Assembly (NCBI GenBank): GCA_029287875.1
Contig: JARFQH010000280.1
Location: 1 to 50,727, forward strand
Reading direction: 5' to 3'
Source of the DNA: Desulfobacteraceae bacterium
GTDB taxonomy: Bacteria; Desulfobacterota; Desulfobacteria; Desulfobacterales; SG8-13
Length of the DNA: 50,727 nucleotides
Shown: positions 46,941 to 50,727 of the stretch, one piece after another
Layout of the letters: every line of letters begins with the position of its first letter
How positions within the stretch are numbered: the stretch's first letter is position 1
Program-made: the position numbers and the translations under genes
Notes under the pieces: generated by a model
Database searches by the model: none
The model's input: the letters and a program-made list of their open reading frames with translations, nothing else
What the model was told of the DNA's origin: nothing

Positions 46941-49001
46941 TTATTTTCGTGCTGATTCACTGAAGACATTTTTTCGGAACTTCTGCAGCGCGATCGCCGT
47001 CATAAAAGCAAGGCCGCCCAGCAGGTCCCCCCATGCCTGCGGCCAGAAAAGTCCGGCCGCACCTAAGGTGAACAGTCCGGTTTCCAGCCAGGTGGCCCGG
47101 CGGATAAAATAACGCTCCAGGGCCGAGGCGAACGCCACCAGGCCCAGGGTGGTGGTCACCATGGCGAAGGCCACCTCCCAGTGCAGCAGTTCATAATTCT
47201 CTCCCATACCGAGCAGCGGTCGGTAGGCCATGATGAGGGGGATGATGTAGAGTCCTTTGGCGAGCTTCCAGGACGTAAAAGCGGTCCGCATCGGATTGGC
47301 CCCCGCGATCCCGGCGCCGGCGAAACTGGCCAGGCTCACCGGTGGCGTCACATTGGCATCCTGCGAGTACCAGAAGACGATCATGTGGGTGACCAGCAGC
47401 GGGACACCCATGTCGAGCAGGGCCGGGCCGGCCAGGGTCGCCAACACGATGTAGCTGGCGGTCACCGGCAGGCCCATTCCGAGCACCAGTGAAGCCGCCC
47501 CGATCAACAAAATTGCCAGGGCTTCGATGCCGAAGCTCAGGTCGAGCACCAGGCTGGAAAATTTCAGACCCATGCCCGTAAGGGTAACCATGCCGACGAT
47601 AATGCCGGCCGCCCCACACGCCACCGACACCATGACGGCATTACGCGCGCCCTTCTCGAGTGCCCCGAGCGTTTGCTTGAGTTCCCGGAGTCCGAATTGC
47701 GCCAGGCTCAGGCGATCGGGGTCATCGGAAGGATACCGACGGCCGCTGGTCGCCCAGCGGATGCTGTTGGCCGCCAGACTTGCGGCCACAGTACTGAGCA
47801 CCGCCACGAAACCGGCCATCATGGGTGAGTAGTTGGCCCTCAGCACGTAGATCAGGATCAAAACCGGGATGATGAAGTGCAACCCTTCCCTGATCACTTT
47901 CATGGCCCGCGGCAGGTTTTCCCTGGGTTGGCCCTCGAGACCATATTTTTTGGCCTCGTAGTGAACGAAGAGGAGCACCGTGACGTAGTACATAATGGCC
48001 GGCACCAGGGCCACCTTTACAATGGTCAAATAACTGGTTTCGGTAAACTCGGCCATCAGAAAGGCACCGGCCCCCATGATGGGCGGCATCAACTGGCCGC
48101 CGGTGGAGGCGGCCGCTTCGATGGCCCCGGCCACATGCGGCCGGTAGCCGACTTTTTTCATCATGGGGATGGTGAAGGAGCCGGTGGCGACCACATTGCC
48201 AACGGCCGAGCCTGAAACAGACCCCATGAAACCCGAAGCCACCACGGCAGTTTTGGCCGGTCCACCCGAAAAACGGCCGGTGATGGAATAGGCCAGTTCG
48301 ATAAAAAAATTTCCGCCCCCCGTAGACTCCAGAAACGCCCCGAACAGGACGAAAACGAAGACGAACGTGGCGGCCACCCCGATGGGAAGCCCGAAGATGC
48401 CTTCGGTCGTGAGCCACAGCGTGGTAGCGATGCGCTCGATGCTGTACCCCTTGTGGATGATCAACTCGGGCATGTAGGGCCCGAAGTGGGCATAGAGGAT
48501 GGCCGCCAGGCAGATACCGGTCATTACGAGGCCGATCACCCGCCGGCAGGCTTCCAGCACCAGAAGGGTCCCGATGATACTGATCGCCAGGTCGCTTTGA
48601 AGCCAGTCGCCCTGACGCTCGAAGATATCGGTGAGATTGTAGCAGATGTAAAACGTGCAGGTAACCGATGCCAGGACAAGGATCCAGTCCATCAGGACCC
48701 AGACCGTCAGCTTGTCCTTGCGGGCGCCTTTGAACGGCGCCTTGAGCAGAAAAGTCAGGCTCAGGATGGCTCCCAGGTGGATCGAGCGCTGAACCAGGGC
48801 GGTCAGGGCGGTAATGCCGGCCGTGTAGAGCTGGAAAAGACTCAAGCTGACGGCCAGAACCGCTACCAGGCGGGCGGTCCATTGAACCAGGTTTCGATGG
48901 CGATCGGGCGGGGCGGCGACGGCCGAAACCGATCGGTCCCGATCTTCCCGGTTTCCTGGCAGATGTGTTTCCGACATCGATGTCTCCTGGTCTTGCTTCA
49001 C
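46941..49001 (-). CDS. TRAP transporter fused 4TM/12TM permease (TAXI type)
   Basis: GGPAKTAV, GSVSGSAVGNV, EAAASTGGQLMPPIMGAGAFLMAE, GMGLPVTASY, VTPPV; GTGA overlap with the DUF1850 gene. Confidence 0.93.
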   Translation of the reverse strand: MKQDQETSMSETHLPGNREDRDRSVSAVAAPPDRHRNLVQWTARLVAVLAVSLSLFQLYTAGITALTALVQRSIHLGAILSLTFLLKAPFKGARKDKLTVWVLMDWILVLASVTCTFYICYNLTDIFERQGDWLQSDLAISIIGTLLVLEACRRVIGLVMTGICLAAILYAHFGPYMPELIIHKGYSIERIATTLWLTTEGIFGLPIGVAATFVFVFVLFGAFLESTGGGNFFIELAYSITGRFSGGPAKTAVVASGFMGSVSGSAVGNVVATGSFTIPMMKKVGYRPHVAGAIEAAASTGGQLMPPIMGAGAFLMAEFTETSYLTIVKVALVPAIMYYVTVLLFVHYEAKKYGLEGQPRENLPRAMKVIREGLHFIIPVLILIYVLRANYSPMMAGFVAVLSTVAASLAANSIRWATSGRRYPSDDPDRLSLAQFGLRELKQTLGALEKGARNAVMVSVACGAAGIIVGMVTLTGMGLKFSSLVLDLSFGIEALAILLIGAASLVLGMGLPVTASYIVLATLAGPALLDMGVPLLVTHMIVFWYSQDANVTPPVSLASFAGAGIAGANPMRTAFTSWKLAKGLYIIPLIMAYRPLLGMGENYELLHWEVAFAMVTTTLGLVAFASALERYFIRRATWLETGLFTLGAAGLFWPQAWGDLLGGLAFMTAIALQKFRKNVFSESARK

Positions 49002-49531
49002 CTGGGAGTGGCGGGATGGGGGCAGAATCTGCGCCAGATTCGGTGGAGTCGGCTCACCGGTCGCGCCGAGAATTGAACGGCGCTGTGGGGTGCCACGGAA
49101 GAGAGATTCGTGCGGGTATGCCGCCAGATGACGGTGTGGTCCACCCCGGGGCTGCCGATTCGCAGGATGAAATTGCCGGTCGACAGGTGCATGTTTTCGA
49201 TGGCTTCATAGGGACCGCGCTGCACCATCCGCCCTACTCCCGGCATGCGGCCCATGCCGGCCCCGAATTTCAGATAGCGTTCTTCCTCGATGTAGATTCG
49301 GCCTGCACGATCCAGGCTGTGCTCCTCCCAGATGGGAGCGTTTTCCACCGAGTGATAGTAATGTAAGGTAAACCGCTCGCCAACCTCCAGCGGCAGCACC
49401 AACAGCGCCGGTCCCCCCTTAACCGGGACCACCCGCAGTTCCAGGCCGCCGGATGTCAAACCGGCGGCAACCAGGAACAATAAGACCACGCCGGAAACTG
49501 CGAAAAGTATCCACCGCACCGGCCTGGCCAT
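48998..49531 (-). CDS. DUF1850 domain protein (TAXI-TRAP associated)
   Basis: FTLHYYHSVENAPIWE...FGAGMG; lies between the TAXI receptor and the permease. Confidence 0.82.
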   Translation of the reverse strand: MARPVRWILFAVSGVVLLFLVAAGLTSGGLELRVVPVKGGPALLVLPLEVGERFTLHYYHSVENAPIWEEHSLDRAGRIYIEEERYLKFGAGMGRMPGVGRMVQRGPYEAIENMHLSTGNFILRIGSPGVDHTVIWRHTRTNLSSVAPHSAVQFSARPVSRLHRIWRRFCPHPATPR

Positions 49532-49541
49532 TGCTCCGCCT

Positions 49542-50507
49542 TCAGGGCATCAGTTTGGCCGGTACCGCAATCCCTTTTTCCTTGAGGTACTTGACAGTGC
49601 CCGGATGGAGGGGGATCGGCGAATACTTGACGGCATTTTCAGGTGTGGTGTAGGCCGCCGAGGGGTGGATCTTGCGCAGGTAGTCGTTGTGTTCATACAG
49701 CGCTGCGACCAACTTGTAGACCATATCTTCCGTTAGGGATTTCTGACAGATCATCACGTTCCAAACACCGATGGTGGGAACCGGCTTGGCGACCCCCCGG
49801 TAGACACCGCCGGCCAGGTCGACCGATGCATAGGTGTCGTTGGAGGTGAGGACCTTCTGGGTTTGCTCCGGCGTGATCGGGATGATGACAATGTCATGGG
49901 TGGTGGCCAGATCCAGGATGGAACTGGTACCGGGACCTACCGACCAGAAACCGACGTCGATGGTGCCGTCCCGCAGCGCATTGGCGGTTTCCGTGAAGGA
50001 CAGCCGGCTGTCCTTGAAAGAGTCGAGCGGGATGCCCACCGCTTTCATTACCGCTTCGGCCATGAAATTGGTGCCGCTGCCCGGGCTGCCGCTGCTGATG
50101 CGCTTGCCCTTGACCTGCTCGATATTGGTGATGCCGCTGTTTTTCAAGGTGACCACCTGCAGCAGGTTGGGGTACATGATGGCCATGGAAAGGATGTCGT
50201 GCTTTTTGCCTTTGAATTTGCCTTCTCCTTGGAAACCGGCCAAGGCGACATCGCCCATGACTTCGCCGAAAACAGTCTCGCCCTTGTCGGCCAGTTTGAC
50301 GTTTTCCACACTGGCACCAGTCACTTCGGCCACGGCCTGGATGCCCGGCACGTACTTGGACCAGATCTCGGCCACTCCGCCGCCGTAAGGATAGTAGATG
50401 CCGCCGGTCCCACCGGTGCCGATACCGATGAAAGTCGTTTTTGCTGCGACCGGCCCGGACAGGGCCAAAATTATGCAAAGGATCAGGAATAGACCGATTC
50501 GTTTCAT
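49542..50507 (-). CDS. TAXI family TRAP solute-binding protein
   Basis: Signal peptide; IGTGGTGGIYYPYGGG, TGASVENV, KGKRISSGSPGSG, PIPLHPG. ATG 50507 behind GGAGGA. Confidence 0.93.
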   Translation of the reverse strand: MKRIGLFLILCIILALSGPVAAKTTFIGIGTGGTGGIYYPYGGGVAEIWSKYVPGIQAVAEVTGASVENVKLADKGETVFGEVMGDVALAGFQGEGKFKGKKHDILSMAIMYPNLLQVVTLKNSGITNIEQVKGKRISSGSPGSGTNFMAEAVMKAVGIPLDSFKDSRLSFTETANALRDGTIDVGFWSVGPGTSSILDLATTHDIVIIPITPEQTQKVLTSNDTYASVDLAGGVYRGVAKPVPTIGVWNVMICQKSLTEDMVYKLVAALYEHNDYLRKIHPSAAYTTPENAVKYSPIPLHPGTVKYLKEKGIAVPAKLMP

Positions 50508-50537
50508 GTGCTCATCCTCCATTTATCTGTTCGGCTG

Positions 50538-50727
50538 CTATTGTGATGCGGTTTTGATGATCAGGGTCATAGCTTTGGGGCTTTCGGGCATATCCACCAC
50601 CGGATAGTCGAAAGACATGGATTGACCCGGCTCGACGAGGCCTTTCTTAGTGGTGCGAGGAATGAGACCGCCCACGGCTTTGCCATTGTCCATGAACATG
50701 TTGACCCGGTAGCGCTGGGGTTTGTTG
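50538..50727 (-). CDS. Hypothetical protein, 3' part only
   Basis: Frame open to the window edge: ...NKPQRYRVNMFMDNGKAVGGLIPRTTKKGLVEPGQSMSFDYPVVDMPESPKAMTLIIKTASQ*; ends 31 bp before the TAXI gene. Confidence 0.7.
   Translation of the reverse strand, partial: NKPQRYRVNMFMDNGKAVGGLIPRTTKKGLVEPGQSMSFDYPVVDMPESPKAMTLIIKTASQ

Noticed and set aside
1-50727. CRISPR arrays, tRNA/rRNA genes, IS elements, selenocysteine read-through
   Set aside because: No regularly spaced repeats, tRNA/rRNA signatures, transposase motifs or in-frame TGA with continuing homology were found by eye.

Overview
This is a chromosomal, moderately GC-rich window with no rRNA, tRNA, CRISPR array, transposase or integrase recognised. 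Gene content suggests an anaerobic deltaproteobacterium, probably Desulfobacterales-like (inference). About 45 CDS are present. Envelope and protein quality control: a lone dnaK, sppA, an M16 protease and a complete pspF/pspABC locus with a sigma54 promoter. Other housekeeping genes: lplA, a PfkB kinase, rubredoxin-dapL, MaoC, LysE, a hybrid sensor kinase, an Fe-ADH, qor, an M23 peptidase, two DMT transporters, ModF, an HD-GYP protein and a double-length UvrA. At the right end is a glutarate/glutaryl-CoA catabolic cluster (TAXI-TRAP transporter, CoA transferase A/B, non-decarboxylating glutaryl-CoA dehydrogenase, CMD-family protein, gcdA). The least explained part is 21.8-30.1 kb. It holds a candidate sRNA and a CI/LexA-type repressor bracketed by repeated AT-rich palindromic boxes and followed by two tiny ORFs (one a Zn-ribbon not in the ORF track). 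It also holds a protein-kinase-like hypothetical protein, and an orphan TrfA-like replication-initiator homologue with its own consensus promoter upstream of an isolated sigma28-driven flgM. Two copies of a long, strand-asymmetric hairpin element share a CAAGGC...AA(C/A)GCAG internal-loop core. All family assignments come from motif recognition by eye; no database search was run.
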